From Microbotryum violaceum (lineage: Eukaryota), in assembly GCA_001244265.2 (NCBI GenBank), contig CDLV01000018.1:558001-622000 (forward strand): a DNA stretch of 64,000 nt, read 5' to 3'. How positions within the stretch are numbered: position 1 is the stretch's first letter; the number at the start of each line of letters is the position of its first letter. The position numbers were made by a program, and so were the translations under genes. The notes under the pieces are model-generated. The model worked only from the letters and a program-made list of their open reading frames with translations. It was not told where the DNA came from and did not search any database. This document shows positions 12,478 to 25,874 of this stretch, one piece after another.

Positions 12478-13818
12478 ATGCCCTGCCACGTTGCCTTGAT
12501 CGGAGTCGGCCTCGTCGGGAAGCAAGTCGTGCACCAACTGAGCTCGCCCGCACTGTCGCCCCTGTTCCGCATCGTGTCGCTCTCCAACTCGAAGCACACC
12601 GTCTCGATCGAGCCCTCCTCGTCGACCCTCCCCGCCGATGACCTCCTTGCCCTCTTGCCCGCTTCCTCGGCTGCCCTTCCCTCCTCGTCCTCCCACCCCG
12701 GAGCATCCTACTCATCCGCGAACCCAGAACAAGTCGTCAAAGATCTTGCCCACGCGGCCAAGCACTCCAAGACCTCGACGATCCTCATCGACTGCACCTC
12801 GGACCTGTCCGTCACGCAATTGTACCCTTTGGCCATCTCGTCCGGCCTTTCAGTCGTCACCCCGAACAAGAAGGGGTTCTCGTCCTCGAACGAGTTGTGG
12901 CAACAGATTCTCGAAGCGCAGAACGCTCCCGGTGCGGGGTTGGTCTATCTCGAAGCGACCGTCGGTGCGGGTCTCCCCATCATCTCGACGTTGAGGGATT
13001 TGCTCAAGACTGGGGACGAAGTCACCAAGGTCGAGGGAGTTCTTTCGGGTACGTTCTCGTACATCTTTAACGAGTTTTCCAAGCCCGGCGTCAAGGGAGG
13101 ACCCAAATTTTCTGAAGTGGTCAAAATCGCCAAAGCGAATGGTTATACGGTAGGTCGACCAGTTTCTCGCAGGTTGATGCAGTGATCTGGTGCTGATCCT
13201 TGCCTGCATACGATGTGTCCATAGGAGCCCCACCCGGCCGATGATCTTTCGGGCTCGGACGTCGCTCGCAAGTTGACGATCCTCTCGCGGCTCATCTCGG
13301 CCAACCCTTCTTCCCTCCCTGCGCTGCCTTCGTTCCCCGAAGGATACGCTTCCCTACCTACGCAATCCCTCATCCCTAAAGCGCTCGAAGGTCTTGCTTC
13401 CGGAACGGAGTTTGTCGAGAAGTTGCCCGAACATGATGAGGAATTCGATACGCTGAGAGCGGAAGCGGAGAAGGAGGGCAAGGTGTTGCGGTATGTCGGG
13501 GTGATTGATCGTATGGCCGGGATTGCCAAGTGCGGACTAGAAAAGTGAGTGCCTGTTACCTGGGGCTGGTCGTGATTCTGTTCACGTGCGAAAAAGAGCG
13601 CTGACCGAAAACCCTTCTTTGATAGATACCCCGCCGCACACCCTTTCGCCTCCTCTCTCTCGGGCGCCGATAACATCCTCGCGTTCCACTCGCACCGTTA
13701 TTCCAAAAGTCCTTTGATCGTCCAAGGTGCCGGTGCGGGAGCGGATGTGACGGCCATGGGTGTCGTTGCGGATGCGATCAAGGTTGCGGAAAGGACGGGC
13801 GTTAGGGTGCATCTTTAG
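12478..13818 (+). CDS. HOM6: Homoserine dehydrogenase (3 exons)
   Basis: IGVGLVG NAD-binding motif, VVTPNKK, EATVGAGLPII, GVLSGTFSYIFN, GYTEPHPADDLSGSDVARKL and QGAGAGADVTA. Confidence 0.97.
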
Positions 13819-14056
13819 ACTTGGGGGGGGGGGACAATTGAGATTAGGTAGACTTTGAAATGAGATTTAGGCTATACGCGCCCGCCGATTGGCCGACGGG
13901 TCGTGGTCTCCCTCTCGCCCTTCTTGTGCAGTGGAACTCTCTTTATGCTGATCAGCGCCACACGTCGACTGCTGCTCACGACCACACTTCCCCTCTCATC
14001 GAGTCTACGTAGCATTTCTACCTCACCGTACGTTGTCCTGCGCGGTACGCCCCACA

Positions 14057-14098
14057 CTGCTGTGCGGCTGCTGTGCGGCTGCTGTGCGGCTGCTGTGC
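14057..14098. repeat. 11-bp tandem repeat (CTGCTGTGCGG) about 3.8 copies upstream of GLO2
   Basis: Read directly from the sequence. Confidence 0.85.
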
Positions 14099-14228
14099 TG
14101 ACATCATCGCTCGCTTGCCCCACATGTGCCACACTCATGCACTCGGCCGCACCGCATTCTCGGTCTGCGCTCAACCCTGAACCCGCACGGTACGACCTGT
14201 TCACACGCACAGCAGAACACTCTCCAAG

Positions 14229-15552
14229 ATGAAGATCGTCCCGGTTCCTTGCAGGAGTGACAACTACAGTACGCTACTTCAACCCTAACCCGCCCTCGGT
14301 CTCTTACGCCCCTCCCGTAATCCTAGGTACGATCCCCACTAACGGTCTTCCCTCTCTCTCTCTCTCGCTGGCAACAGTGTACCTTCTCTCGGATGGTACC
14401 TCCAACTCTGCAGCCGTCGTAGACCCTTACGACGTTGCCAAGGTCCACGACGCAGCCAAGAAAGAAGGCCTTCAAGTCGGTCAATGGTTGTTGACGACCC
14501 ATCACCATGCCGATCACAGTGGTACGTTTCGCATGTGGACAGCTCAAAGTTGAGGCCGGTGGAACCGCGTGAGAGGTGAATGAGGCGGGGTGGGAGTAGG
14601 GTGTGTGATTTTGTGGGCTGACCGTTGGGTGGGATTCCGGCAGGGGGTAACGACGATTTCGTCAAGGCTCATCCCGGCGTCACCGTCACCGGTGGGAGTG
14701 ACAAGTCCCCTGGCGTTAACAAACTTGTGAGTACCCATCAAACAAGTTCCTACTCTCTCTTACAAAACGAGCCGGCGCGAGATGCTTTTTGACTCCGCCG
14801 AGTGATGCAGCAGGAAAGAAAATTTTAGCTGAGGCCCACTTCTTGTTTCCACCCATCTTTCTCATCAGTTGAAGCACCAAGAGACGTTTGATATCGGGAC
14901 ACTCAAAGTCACCGCGATCCATACCCCTTGCCACACCCAAGATCACATCTGCTACTACGTCGAGGACACCAAGTCCGACGAGAGGGCCGTCTTCACCGGG
15001 TCAGTCCCCACGCACGGCCGATCGATCGATCACAGCGTCCAGCGAGCCCATTGCTCGAGCTGATATATCTTCCTGTGCACTCTGACAGTGATACGCTTTT
15101 TGTTTCGGGTTGTGGTCGATTCTTTGAGGGTACGGCGCAAGAAATGCATGAAGCGTTGAACAAACGTTTAGCGCAATTGCCGGACGATACTAAGACTTAT
15201 GTCGGACACGAATACACCAAGTCCAAGTCAGCCTTTTTTCTCTCTCAGCATTGACCAATCCGAAAGTGTTTTCCCCATCTGACCATTCTGATTCCATTTA
15301 CTACCGCCTTTCCCTTCGTATAGCGTCGCCTTCTCTTCTCACGTTGACCCCGAGAACCCCGCGATCAAGTCCCTCGTCGACTTCGCGAACAAAAATGAGG
15401 TCACCACAGGCAAGTTCACCCTCGGCGACGAGAAGAAGCACAACGTCTTTATGAGGCTGGGCTCGCAAGCCGTCAAGGATAAGGCGCACAGTCAGGATGA
15501 GGTAGCGTGCATGCAGTGGTTGAGGGAGGCCAAGAATAACTTTAGGGGTTGA
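14229..15552 (+). CDS. GLO2: Hydroxyacylglutathione hydrolase (glyoxalase II), multi-exon
   Basis: [60 protein letters not shown] and EKKHNVFMR. Confidence 0.96.
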
Positions 15553-15756
15553 GGGGGTTTTGAAGGTCGTCGTGTAGCTTGTTCATGGAAAGGAATGAAT
15601 GTGGTGGACGCTGCAAAATCGTTTTGGAGTTGATTTTGCGCAATGTTACGAGGCGTTTGATAAAAGTTAGAGGAACCTAATTAAACAGACAGGGTCGTGA
15701 TGAGACTGGCAGTCAAAGAATCGTGAGAAAAGGTCATCGCGTTCGAGCGGGCCCAG

Positions 15757-18700
15757 CTACCACTGTTGGAACGTCCAAAGGATCGAATATATCGTACATC
15801 CGATGAACTTGACCGCCGCCAAACCCGCCACGGAATACAGCACGAACGCCATATAGATATTGACCTTGCCCGCTCCACCGATACTATTACTCGCGCCCGT
15901 CGACGTGATCGCCGCGACTAAAGCACCATTCGTCAAGGACCAAGCCAAGACGACGTTCGTTCGAAGGTTACGGTACGCATCCGACATCCTTTCCTCTTCA
16001 TTCACTTTTTTCACTTCTTTAGGTAACTTCGTAGCGAGGACGTGGCAGGCGTCTTCGTAGGCTGCGTTGATGTCCTTTTCGTCCGAAGGTAGCGCGACGT
16101 CCACGGCTCCATCTTTGGCTGAGGCTGTACCCAAATCGGTAGAGACTTTTTCTTCGGGTCGGGTACCCCAGGTCACGTCTTGTACGTTACAGAACGCGTA
16201 TACGTTGATGATGTTGATATACGAAGGAGCGAGGAGCATGTATTGCACCAACGAGGTGAACATGTGGGCAGGGTCAAGAAAGATGAGCGAAGCGAGCAGC
16301 CAGATTCCATAAGTCGCGAGGAGGGAGATGACGATGTTGCGGAAGATGGCATTGGTGAAGATGTCGCTTAAAGTGAATACCCCTCCCGAAGAGGTGATTT
16401 CGTTTTTGGCGTTCGTGACCCCTTTGATGGTGATGAGGATCGCAGCAACGAGCATGTAGACCGTGATCAACGCGAACGAAACGGCGATCGTTGTGTACCA
16501 AGCCACCGCACCGGCAGGTCGATTGCCCAGGGCCAACAAGAAGCAACAGATGATCAAGGCGATGTAATAGTACTTGACGACTTGGTTGAAGTAATGAATA
16601 CCCGTCATACCGAACGTCGGGTCCGCCAGAGATTCGGTGAGGATCACAAAGATGATGTAGTAGTTCGCGAGACCGAACCAAGTGAAGAGCATGTTGAAGG
16701 ATTGGTAGATCAACTCGACGTGGAGCCACATCTTGCGCCAGAACGTATGGTCCGAGCGGTAGATGTAGCCGAAATGCACGGACGAATGCAACGACGCAAA
16801 GAAGGAACCGTTGAGCCATCGACGACGTTGCGAGATCAGGTCCGCCAAACGATCGGGGACATCGGTTGTCGCGAAGGCGGAGCGTTGATAGCTGAGGACC
16901 CAGGACGAGTTCCGCTTGGCAACGAGTTCCCAGCACAAGATTCGATCCTCGGCGAGATACATGTTTTTGGTCCACAGGTCCGCATCGGGGTCGTGGTGCA
17001 GCGTCTCACCCTTGAAGTATTCTTTCAGGGGTCCTTCACCCGTCTTGGGGTCGTTTTGCAACGCAATGTAGCGATAAGCCGAAAAAGCACCCGCTGTTCG
17101 GCACAGGAGCACCAGGATCAGATCCGTGCAGGAGCGAAACAGAAAGGAACGAAACCAAACTCACGCAGCACCGTAATGTAGCCAAAAACCGACTCCAACG
17201 ACTTGTCCAGAATGTTGGACATCTTGTATTCAAAGTTCTGAGCCGCTACGAGCGGGTTCAACAGATTCTTCATCACATGGCCCTTGGAAGCGACAATCTC
17301 ACCACACGCTCCACCGACGTTGGAGTTGAGGTCGAATGTTTTCCACAGCTTGTAGAGTGAGACGGCACCGGGTTTGGTACCGACATCAAGAAGGATGCAG
17401 ACGTTGGGTTCGAGGATGGGTCCAAAGGCGTTGAAGAACCATCGGTGCGAGTTAATCTTCTTGGCACTGCGGAGATTCGATTCAGTGGACCAACCGGGTT
17501 AGCTCTGCCGCAGGTACCAGACTCCGCTTCGAAGCGAGGCAGCCCACTTTTTCTCTTTCAAGCAGAAGAGGATTTGGACGGGAACGACGCCTCGCTCGGC
17601 TGCCTTGAACGAGATGTTGCCGTTGCTCGCTTCGACCGAGACTGCAAGGCAACACTGGTAACGTCAATGGCATCCTTCTTGGGCTCATGTCGAGAAAACA
17701 CTTACTTTGCGTCGTGTACTGAACGAATGCATGAGATCAGACGTCAGCATCATCCACACTGTACTTTCCTCGTGGACCCCTCTGGATGCTCACCTCGTAG
17801 ATATGGGCCGTCACAGGTTTCCCAGCAACAACGTTCTTGGCCACACCGTCCTGATACACTCCCATCGCAGCCAAGACACTCAACGTCCTCGAGTTGATCT
17901 TGGACCGACCATCCGAGACAACGCAGACGACGACCTTCTTCCACCCATCCGGACCCCACGTCTTTGATCGATCCCTCTGACAAAGATTGGCAATGTTGGT
18001 CATCACCGCCGACATGGTACGACAGAACAGATTTTCATCCTCATTATACATCGTCATGACGATGAACAATTCCGTACGACGAGGGCTGTCGTAGAGGATT
18101 TGACGGAGGGCGTAGCGTTCGTCGAGGAAATCGTCGGGGTCGCACGTCGCGGCAGTGTAGCGCATGTGGGTAAATTCTCGCTCGTCCTTGCGCGGGCAAC
18201 GTTCGAGCAATTTGGGAGGGACTTGGCAGTCGAGGACGAGGTTGCCATGGAAGAGTGGCACACCTGATTACATCCAAAGGATGAATGAGCTCAGGTAGGT
18301 TTATTCTGTCTGGAGTATGCTCGAAAGCACTCACGTTTGACGGTCTTGTACCTCCTCGGTTGCCTCTGAGGGATCCTACCGTACCTAACGACGCTGTGCT
18401 GATCATCGTCATCTCCAACGAAGCCACCCGGATGACCACCATAGCCGCCCGCAATCATCGCCGGATCAAAGCCGCCGACATGGGGTTGGTTGTTGTACTG
18501 CGCCGAAGGATCGTAGCCGTCTTCGTGCGCGCCGTGCGCGGAGCCCGACGTGGTCCAGCGAGGGTGACGGTGGTTGCGACCACTAGCGGCCGTCGGCGAC
18601 AGTAGAGGTTGCTCAGGTTCATCCTCGTCTTGGTCTTGCATCGGATGCGGATGGAGCGCCCCGCTGTTGTAGGATTGGACCGAGGGCATAGAGGAGTTGC

Positions 18701-19241
18701 CGTTGAGGAAATGTGGGGGCTGCGGCGGAGCGCCAGCGGTGGAGTAATCGGTAATATCCTGCTGATGCGGGTAGCCATACTGCGTGGGTGGTTGGCTTTG
18801 GGGTTGCTGCAATGGATGCTGGGTGTTGGAGGGGATAGGAGCCGACTGGGCCCAGTTGGGTTGCTGGTACGGATCGGTAGACGAGGGCGGATTGGCAAAG
18901 GGGTCGTGCACACCCGGCGTCACAGTGTTCGTGTTCGTCTGCTGAAGCGACTGGGCATAGTAAGGCTGAGGAACGGGAGGTGGTGCAGGGGATGCCATGT
19001 ATTGAGGAGCATTGAAAGGATCGTGGGAGCTTGGCGGTCCGGCGCCGTAGCTGGAATCGTAGGCTGGCTGTTGGTGCTGTTGCTGTTGGTGCTGCTGCTG
19101 AGGCTGTGGAGTCCGACGAGGGGCGCCTCCCGGAGCGGGCACGGCGGTCGCGTAGTACGGTGCCGGCTCATGGTGGCCTTGGTCGTCAGAGCCACCACCA
19201 CCACCACCATAGTTGGTATTGTTGCTGTTGTAGTACGACAT
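15757..19241 (-). CDS. Chitin synthase (division 1, class I/II/III type; GT2), multi-exon
   Basis: [86 protein letters not shown] and QRRRWLNGS, followed by C-terminal TM helices. N-terminus is P/Q-rich. Confidence 0.97.
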
Positions 19242-19962
19242 CGTGTGAGGGACCACTGCTCCCAGGCTTTCAGCGGGGGCCTGGGAGATTGCAAAACAAA
19301 GGTAGAAAGCGCCGGCGCGTGCGAGCACCAATTGTAGCCGCGTCACGGCCGCCGATCAGACGGGTTGAGCCTAATAGCTGCTCCAGTGTTCCTGAATCCA
19401 GCATGGCTCCATGTGATACTGGATAACGGCCTAATTTTTCTATTTTACTCCCCCAGCCAGAAATTTTGACCGGCGCTCACCTACGAAAAAGAGGAGCTCA
19501 GCAAAATCCCGGCCCGTCGACTCGTCGACGACGTTCAGTCCGGAGTCCGATCCAGGGGGAGTGTGATTTGAGCTCTCCTACAGATACTTGACATTAACCT
19601 CCTCATCGGACTCCATTGTTCAACACAGCATCGCCACCGCCGTTAGATCGGATGCTCCCCGGGCTGATCGGGATCCGAATGCTTGCTGGCAGAAAACTGG
19701 GTAGCACCGCCACTGATATGGGCCCGAGGAGGACGGCCGACGACGACCCAAGGCGACGAGACGGCGCGGGCGAATTTGGTGACGCGTCGAGCTTGAGATC
19801 TTGAGACGCGCTTGGGCCTGCTCGGGCTTGGGGGCGACGCGTGTAAGCGTTGGCTTTAGGTTGAAGACCAGCGCGACTTGGAAGCTCATCCCCTATCTCT
19901 CGCCCTCTCCTCCCTCTCGCCCACCAGATCCTGGAGGAAACCGCTCAGAACCATCCCTCACC

Positions 19963-21237
19963 ATGTCAAGCTCACCGCCCCCTCGCTCCAGATCACGCGC
20001 CTCATCCCTGACGCGTCGAGCGACGACCCCTCTCCGTCGCCTCAGCGCCTCATCCCTACGCGCCATGTCGCTCTCCCATTCCCGTTCGCGCGACCCCTCA
20101 ACCCACGAACCACCCCTCCAACACCTTGCTCCAGTCTTTGCCGAACTCGCCGACAGTCTCAGTGATTTAACCGGGAACCTGCGCGAGTTGGACAAGAGCA
20201 ACGACCATTTGGATGGTTTCAACACCGCGTTCGCGAGCTATCTCTATGGGCTGAGAATCACGGCATATACTGCCGATTTCAACGAGGTCGGTCGTCGGTC
20301 CCAGCGATAATGGGGCGAAGATTATGAGTCACTTCTGAGAAACTGATCCGCCTCTGCTTTCTCTTCATATAGGCTCCCGCACTCGACAGCTTCAAGCAAG
20401 CCGAGGAGCGGCGACCCCCATCCCCTCAACCGCATCAGGACTACTCTTCTCCGCCTCAATCACCTCATACGAATCATGACCAACAGGACGACACTTTTAT
20501 CACCAACGCGAGTCAACATTCGTTCGTTAATCAGAACCCGGTCAAGATCTCGGGTCGAGGAGGGAGGGGGGGAGCGACGTTGACGAGGGGGACGACACGA
20601 GGTGGTGCAAGGGTCGGTGGAAGGAGGACGATGACCAAGAAACAGAGGGAGGAGATGAATGTGAGTTGATGCCGGATTTGAGTCGATTCCTAACCGATCC
20701 CGAGGAAGAAGCACGAAAAGCTCACGTGATCCCTTCCATTCCATCCCATCCCAGGCCTTTGCGGACCACTTGATCCAATCCTTGCCGCTCAAATACCGCG
20801 AACAACAACCTTTAAGGGCGGAGACGGAAAAGGTCATCCATGCGTTGAGGGAACATCCAAATGGGCTGTCGAGTCAGTTTGCAGATTCTTCGGCTCCGGA
20901 GCGCCGTGTCGTCTCCTCGAGAGGGGGCCTCAGGGTGGGACTGCACAAGACTACAGAAGCATCGAAACTGACCGTACTCTTCCTACTCATTTACCCAGTG
21001 GTGGACGCGCAAAGAACGACGGGAGTGGCGAACCATCGCGTGAACGACGCCATGACCGCGCTCGTCCGGGTCAAGTTCGTGGTCAAGGTGCATCAGCAGG
21101 TACGAGGAAGCAGGGCGCAGTCCTACGTTTTTGAGTGAGGAGACGGAAGAAACGCATGTTTTGACCTCGTCTTCTCTCGCGTACAGGGAGCAACGGTGTT
21201 CCGACTGGACCCGAGCAAGTTCTCTCCCGCCGAGTGA
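19963..21237 (+). CDS. DAM1: DASH/Dam1 kinetochore complex subunit Dam1, multi-exon
   Basis: RRATTPLRRLSASSL N-terminus and FAELADSLSDLTGNLREL...LDGFNTAFASYLYGL (DASH_Dam1-like). C-terminal LPLKYRE...VNDAMTALV. Confidence 0.85.
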
Positions 21238-21689
21238 GAGATCGGACCGAGGCAAGGTTCTCGTTACATCATCGGCTCCGGGGGTTCTTCAGGACAATTC
21301 GCGCGATCAGTCTATCGTCGTTTGTTGTAATATTCTGCCTCTATGGTAATCGGTCAATTGCAAGAGACTATCGCGGAGCTGATAAATCTCACGAAACCAT
21401 CCCAAGTTGGGGCCGCGGAGTGCCAGATGCACGAGATCGATGGGGCCCTCCGGCCGGGCTCCCGCTTATCGAGCTCACTTTTGCGAAAGAGGGCTCGCTT
21501 TAGTGCTGGCTGGCTGGCTGGCTGGCTGGGAGCGGGATGCGCCATCCATGGCAGCGCGACTAGTGCCGTGGGCGTACGTGCGCTTCCGATTGGGTGATCG
21601 TGTCGTGCCTATCTCCTGACTCTCGAGTGGGCTATCCTCCTCTGTCTCCGCCTGCATCAGTCTTGCCTCCTGAACTACACCCCATCGGG

Positions 21690-23855
21690 ATGGCGTTCCA
21701 ACAACAACGTTCTCGCCCTCGCGTGCAACGTGATTCGCATGAAGATCACCACCACCACCAGGCTCTGAGCCAGACCGCGCCTCACCGTGCGCCACTCGGA
21801 GTTGGGGGCCACCACTCGGATCACGCGACGTCCTCGATTAGCGCCGGTGCTGCCAGTGGCACTGACACGGGCGCAGGTACAGGCCACGGCGCTGCGGAAA
21901 GCACCTTCCACGCGTCGTCACGTGCACCGTATACGACCTGGAACGAGGACGACGAGGTGTTGCTCTTTGGAGGTGCATCAGCCTCTGCTTCGGCCGCGGA
22001 TTCGTCATCGTGGTACGCTCACGGCAATGGCAGCACACCCCAGGCCCCTCTAGCCGCCAGCGACGACTGGACGCTCCTCTCCGCGCCGGCGCACCATCAC
22101 CGCCATCACCATCCGTACCAACGCACGCTCTCACCCGCAGTGACCAGATCATCGAGGAGCACTTCGGCCAGTGCGACCTCGTCGTCCGAACTCGGTGCAC
22201 GCGAAGGAGGCGACCTGTCCGTGTCGCTGTTCCCAGCCCACGACGGTAATGGCCGCTTCCTCAGCCTCTCGTCCGACTCACTCGTCAACTCGACCCTGTA
22301 TGATCGAGCCGAATCTTCGACCCATGCTTCGTCCGATGCCAACTCGTCCTCGTTCGTTCGGACTCGTCGTCATGGACCGAGACCGATCGCGAGTGACGGC
22401 TCGCAGTGGAGCGACGTCGCCGATCCCGATCCAGCAGAGTATATGCGCCGGCCCCCCACATCCGTCTCTGCCTCCGCCGCCGCCCCCACGCACGCCTCGT
22501 CGTCGCTCAGCGCCAGTTGGGCCTTGACGGAAGCCGCGCTGTCGACGATCCCGGACGGTTCGATCGGGAGGCGCATTGTGCTACGCCGTCTTGAAGACCG
22601 AGTCGTACAAGAGGAGGTAGAGCACGAGGACGATGATCGGCAGTCGGCCGGTTTCACTTCCGATTCGAGCGTCGAGGACGAGAACCTCCCGCCTCGAGAG
22701 CGTAGACGTCGAGCAGCGTCGAGGAGGGCGGCGACACCCACGGCGCGACTCATTCCGATCGCTCCACTTCAATCTCGCGAAGACGAAGAGGAAGATATGC
22801 TCTGCCGCACCCCAGGAGCCGAGAGCGCGGGCTTGCACCTCAACTCTCGACGGCATCTCCGAGTCGTACCCTCGACCTACGAGGAGCATCGCACCCATGG
22901 CGGCCTACACAGCAGTCAACGCTCGCTCGAGGCTTACCCTTCCCCTCCACCCGAGGATCGTCTCTCGGCGTCCAAGTCTTCGGTCAAACGACGTCATCGA
23001 CAGTCAGGTCGCTCTGAGTCGTCACAGAAGCGCAGCAGCACCAGCGGGTCCATCCGCCACGCTTCGGTTCGTCATGCGAGTGTCGCGAGCACGATGCCGA
23101 CGATCGCGCAGCTTTTGGAGGAGAAGCAAATGGCCGAAGCGAGGCGCGAGGAGGTACAGAACCAGATCTGGTTGGGCTCCCTCGTTCTGGGCAAGACGAT
23201 GGGCATCGATGCCGAGACGCTCGAGATGGTCGCTGCTGCTGAACCTTTGACTCCTGAAGCGACGCCGACGCCTTCGAGGGCCGCGTCGCCTCGTCTTTGT
23301 AATCGCACGCCCGAGCTCGAGAACGCGCATGGGTTTGCTGCGCTGATGAGGCATGCTGAGCAGGAGTTGGGTACGGAGGCGTCCAAGATCTTTCGATTGC
23401 ATGAGGCTGAGGACGAGTCGGAGGAAGAGGAGGACGAGACCGATACCGAACAGTCCTCGTCCAAGTCCCCCACGGTCGCTTGGCATCGTACGACCGAGCC
23501 CCTCGTCTTTGCTCCTCGGCATGCTACCATTCCGAACGAGGCTGACTCTTCAATTGAGGCATCGAGGGAAAACCCATCTCGATCTCTGTCAACCTCCTCG
23601 CTACCAATGTACCTCGTGGGCCACTCCCTCAAAGTCTCCTCGGGTCGTCTAGGCCCCCTCACGAGTACCTCCCCTGCCAACTCTGAGGATCCGGTGTTAG
23701 ATTCGATCCGCCTACGACGTCGTACAACGTCATTCACCAACTCGTTGAATTCGAACTCGGATGAATCGCCTTGGGGTGGGGAGTTTGATGGGCTCGAAGC
23801 GGCGATCGTGTATTGGAGGAGTTTGTGGAGGAGGATCAGGGGGTTGAGTGCTTGA
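21690..23855 (+). CDS. Hypothetical Ser/His-rich, largely disordered protein (single long ORF)
   Basis: About 720 codons open from ATG 21690. Short conserved-looking islands (LFPAHDGNGRF, PWGGEFDGLEAAIVYWRSLW). No family recognised. Confidence 0.7.
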   Translation: MAFQQQRSRPRVQRDSHEDHHHHQALSQTAPHRAPLGVGGHHSDHATSSISAGAASGTDTGAGTGHGAAESTFHASSRAPYTTWNEDDEVLLFGGASASASAADSSSWYAHGNGSTPQAPLAASDDWTLLSAPAHHHRHHHPYQRTLSPAVTRSSRSTSASATSSSELGAREGGDLSVSLFPAHDGNGRFLSLSSDSLVNSTLYDRAESSTHASSDANSSSFVRTRRHGPRPIASDGSQWSDVADPDPAEYMRRPPTSVSASAAAPTHASSSLSASWALTEAALSTIPDGSIGRRIVLRRLEDRVVQEEVEHEDDDRQSAGFTSDSSVEDENLPPRERRRRAASRRAATPTARLIPIAPLQSREDEEEDMLCRTPGAESAGLHLNSRRHLRVVPSTYEEHRTHGGLHSSQRSLEAYPSPPPEDRLSASKSSVKRRHRQSGRSESSQKRSSTSGSIRHASVRHASVASTMPTIAQLLEEKQMAEARREEVQNQIWLGSLVLGKTMGIDAETLEMVAAAEPLTPEATPTPSRAASPRLCNRTPELENAHGFAALMRHAEQELGTEASKIFRLHEAEDESEEEEDETDTEQSSSKSPTVAWHRTTEPLVFAPRHATIPNEADSSIEASRENPSRSLSTSSLPMYLVGHSLKVSSGRLGPLTSTSPANSEDPVLDSIRLRRRTTSFTNSLNSNSDESPWGGEFDGLEAAIVYWRSLWRRIRGLSA

Positions 23856-24054
23856 TGTGGAATCATTATCATGTTGTTGTGGATTTGACGAAGCATTTAT
23901 TTGGTGGATTCGAGGAAGCATTTATTTAGAGAGCTGTCAATTAATCTGATTTCTATATACGGACGAACCGACAGCGATGCCACAGCTTATAATATTAATT
24001 CCATCCGACTCCAGTTCCAAGGCCCAAAAAGTGGGAATCTATACATTACCCGCT

Positions 24055-25874
24055 CTACAACGTTGTGCCCTCCAATGCGGCAGCCAAGTCCTTGATAGGA
24101 GCTCCAGGCACTTCCTTCGCCGCTTCAAGCGCAGTCGGAGCAGATCCATTCGGCTGGCGCCGCCCCGTTGGTTTCCACCGCGCCTCCCTCCTCCCCTTTC
24201 GGATCCTTTATGAAATGAACCCCCTTGCCCTTCCCTCTTCCCTGCATACCTTCCCCCTCCCCTTCCCTCCTACCCGATCCAAGCAAAGTCAACCCTTCCT
24301 TCGCACTAAACCTCAATGGACCCCTGGGGAAATCCTCACTCTTATCCAGACCCAGCAAAGCCAACGCCTCGGTATCGAGGTTAGGTGGGTTGTTGTATTC
24401 GAATTCGAGTGTACCGCCGTAGCGTTTGGGGATGTTCTCGGGGAGTATGTAGCGTGATAAAGTGGGGAAAACTTCGGATTCGGAGAGAATGTGCATCTGC
24501 GTTGGGGGGACGTAACGTGGTTCAGCGCGTCGAATGTAGATTGACAACCATCGCACGAATAACGGACCTTTTCTACAGTCCCTTGATCGAACCCTTTCTG
24601 GATCCAACTCCAAACAGTCGAAAAAAATCCTGGTGCCCCGACGATGAAAGTCTGCCCAAGGATCTCGGGGTAATTCGCAGTTTGTAGACCCGAGGCGCGG
24701 ATCATGTGGTTGCGCAGTGACCAGAATTTGGCAAGGGAGACGTTGGAAATGTCGACGACTTGTGGGATGGGAGTAGATAAATTCTATAAGTTCGGTATCA
24801 TAAGTGGAGTGCGTGGAGCACTGACTTGTTGTTGTTGCGTCGATGGGGATCTCGAGGTGGTCCCGTGAGAGGGCTTCACAGAGAGGCACGACAAACTCGG
24901 TCAAGATCTGCTCGATCGACTGGCCAAATAATCAGTGCGATCCAGAGTGCCTAGGGGACGCGTTACATAAAGGTCACATCCTTCTCGAATATGATCCAGA
25001 ATGTGGAAAGAAATGTACCTCGGACAAAGCGGTCATTCTTGGTGCTAATCGGTCGGCCTGTTTCGAATACTCGTTGATTCGCTCCTTGGTCAGATCGCTC
25101 AGCTTGTACACCGACAACGGCTGGCCTGATATTGTTCTCCTGCCTAAATCGTAGGCGGAATGGTTTTGGAAGATCAAAGTATCAGCTTTCACCCTTGTTC
25201 AATTGTGATTCGTTCACTCACCAGTCCATCGCGTATATACAAGTTGACTCGCCACGAATTCGTCCACGTCAAAATTCTCGTACAACTCATTGACCTTTTC
25301 GTTCTTGCGCCAATTTTCGGAAGCGACGAATTGGTCGTAGGCCCCATCGACTTGGAATTTGCGAGCGCGGAGGAAGCGGCTGAGTGAGGCACGTCACGTG
25401 TTGGGGTCAGTTCAGGCGATGAATGAAGCCGATGATCCGGGGGACAGTTCATCGGTCGTGCGAAGGTTCGTAAGGTTCTTCTATGTCCGTTGCGATCTTC
25501 CGTGGGCCCAAACTTGTAGCTTGACAACAACACCATCCGCCTCCGATCCCTCCTCGGCATGTCTCCCTCGGAGTTCGAAACGAGACCTCACACCATCCCT
25601 CCTCCCATAGACCTTTCAGACTCACACAAGTGTCGCATCCGAATGAGAGGCCTCCTTATCTTCATCCTCCTCTCCAGCTGGTGTGTAGTAGCCTGCCCCC
25701 TCGAGCCGCTGCTTGAACTGATCGAACGCTGTTGATTGAGCTTCGTTGAGATGACCTAAGCGACCTGACAACTGTGGTGTATGTGAACGGTGGGGCAGTA
25801 AGTGACGAACGGATGATGGTTTTGAGTTGTGGTCAAGGTTAACTTACGTTGAACACGGGAGGAAATGAAGCCAT
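24055..25874 (-). CDS. CRAL-TRIO (Sec14-like) lipid-binding protein, copy A, with frameshifted C-terminal tail
   Basis: GRLGHLNEAQ..F..FKQ, RFLRARKF, VVDISNVSLAKFWSLRNH, ANYPEILGQTFIVGAPGFFSTVWSWI and YILPENIPKRYGG. Confidence 0.9.
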
